Part shown: positions 42,760 through 43,011 of the stretch, one piece after another | How the letters are laid out: every line of letters starts with the position of its first letter | How positions within the stretch are numbered: position 1 is the stretch's first letter | Origin: a virus | Lineage: Duplodnaviria; Caudoviricetes | Reading direction: 5' to 3' (one strand) | Virus record (IMG/VR): IMGVR_UViG_3300027711_000004 | Span: 1-43,011 of that record | Length of the DNA stretch: 43,011 nt | Program-made: the position numbers and the translations under genes | Notes under the pieces: generated by a model | Seen by the model: only the letters and a program-made list of their open reading frames with translations | Database searches by the model: none | Told to the model about the DNA's origin: nothing

Positions 42760-43011
42760 TCTCTTTTGTGAGTGTGTTCTCCTTTTTAGAAGATTACGAG
42801 AAACTGTCTCAGCAGGACAATTTCGTAAAAAACTATCACGGGTATCACAACTATCACAAATCAACAGAAACACCGAAGGACGGGGGTTTTAGTGTGTCAG
42901 TTTATGTGTTAGTTTGACAGGTCGACCATTCACATGCTAAAATAGATATTCGATGTGGGAAGCTCCCGAGAGTGTCCCTCTTTGACAATTTTTCGTACCC
43001 TTCTAAAAAGG
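42760..43011. repeat. Terminal direct repeat / circular assembly overlap (right copy)
   Basis: Matches 1-252 with 3 mismatches. Confidence 0.95.

Noticed and set aside
143-42873. Minus-strand ORFs in the track
   Set aside because: They are shadows of well-supported + strand genes or repeats and have no recognisable motifs.
1-43011. Prophage/lysogeny module, tRNA genes, introns or inteins
   Set aside because: No integrase, repressor or host genes were seen, no tRNA was recognised by eye, and polymerase, helicases and terminase are uninterrupted and of normal length.

Overview
The window looks like a complete, circularly closed (252-nt terminal overlap) ~42.8-kb genome of a lytic siphovirus-type phage, probably of a gammaproteobacterial host (inferred from the two-component spanin, TraR and tail module). 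All credible genes lie on the + strand. The left arm is a self-contained replication module (primase-polymerase, SNF2 and UvrD helicases, SSB-like proteins, family A polymerase). It is followed by a complete 2-aminoadenine (Z-genome) set: a DpoZ-like polymerase, PurZ, a DUF5664-DUF550 dGTP/dATP pyrophosphohydrolase and a DatZ-like HD dATPase. Next come a resolvase-like nuclease, an AT-richer accessory block (DUF4942 protein, C5 cytosine methyltransferase), packaging/head/tail genes (with a lambda-type G-T -1 frameshift and a tail spike ending in an M14-peptidase-like domain), a lysis cassette and small early genes including a TraR/DksA-like protein. The main non-coding signals are (i) six near-identical ~90-bp sigma70 promoter + 5' stem-loop + purine-rich RBS cassettes plus one variant, each heading accessory ORFs, and (ii) two diverged copies of a ~245-bp element with nested inverted repeats and TATCAC iterons, one before the primase and one before the terminase. 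All family calls come from motif recognition, not database searches.
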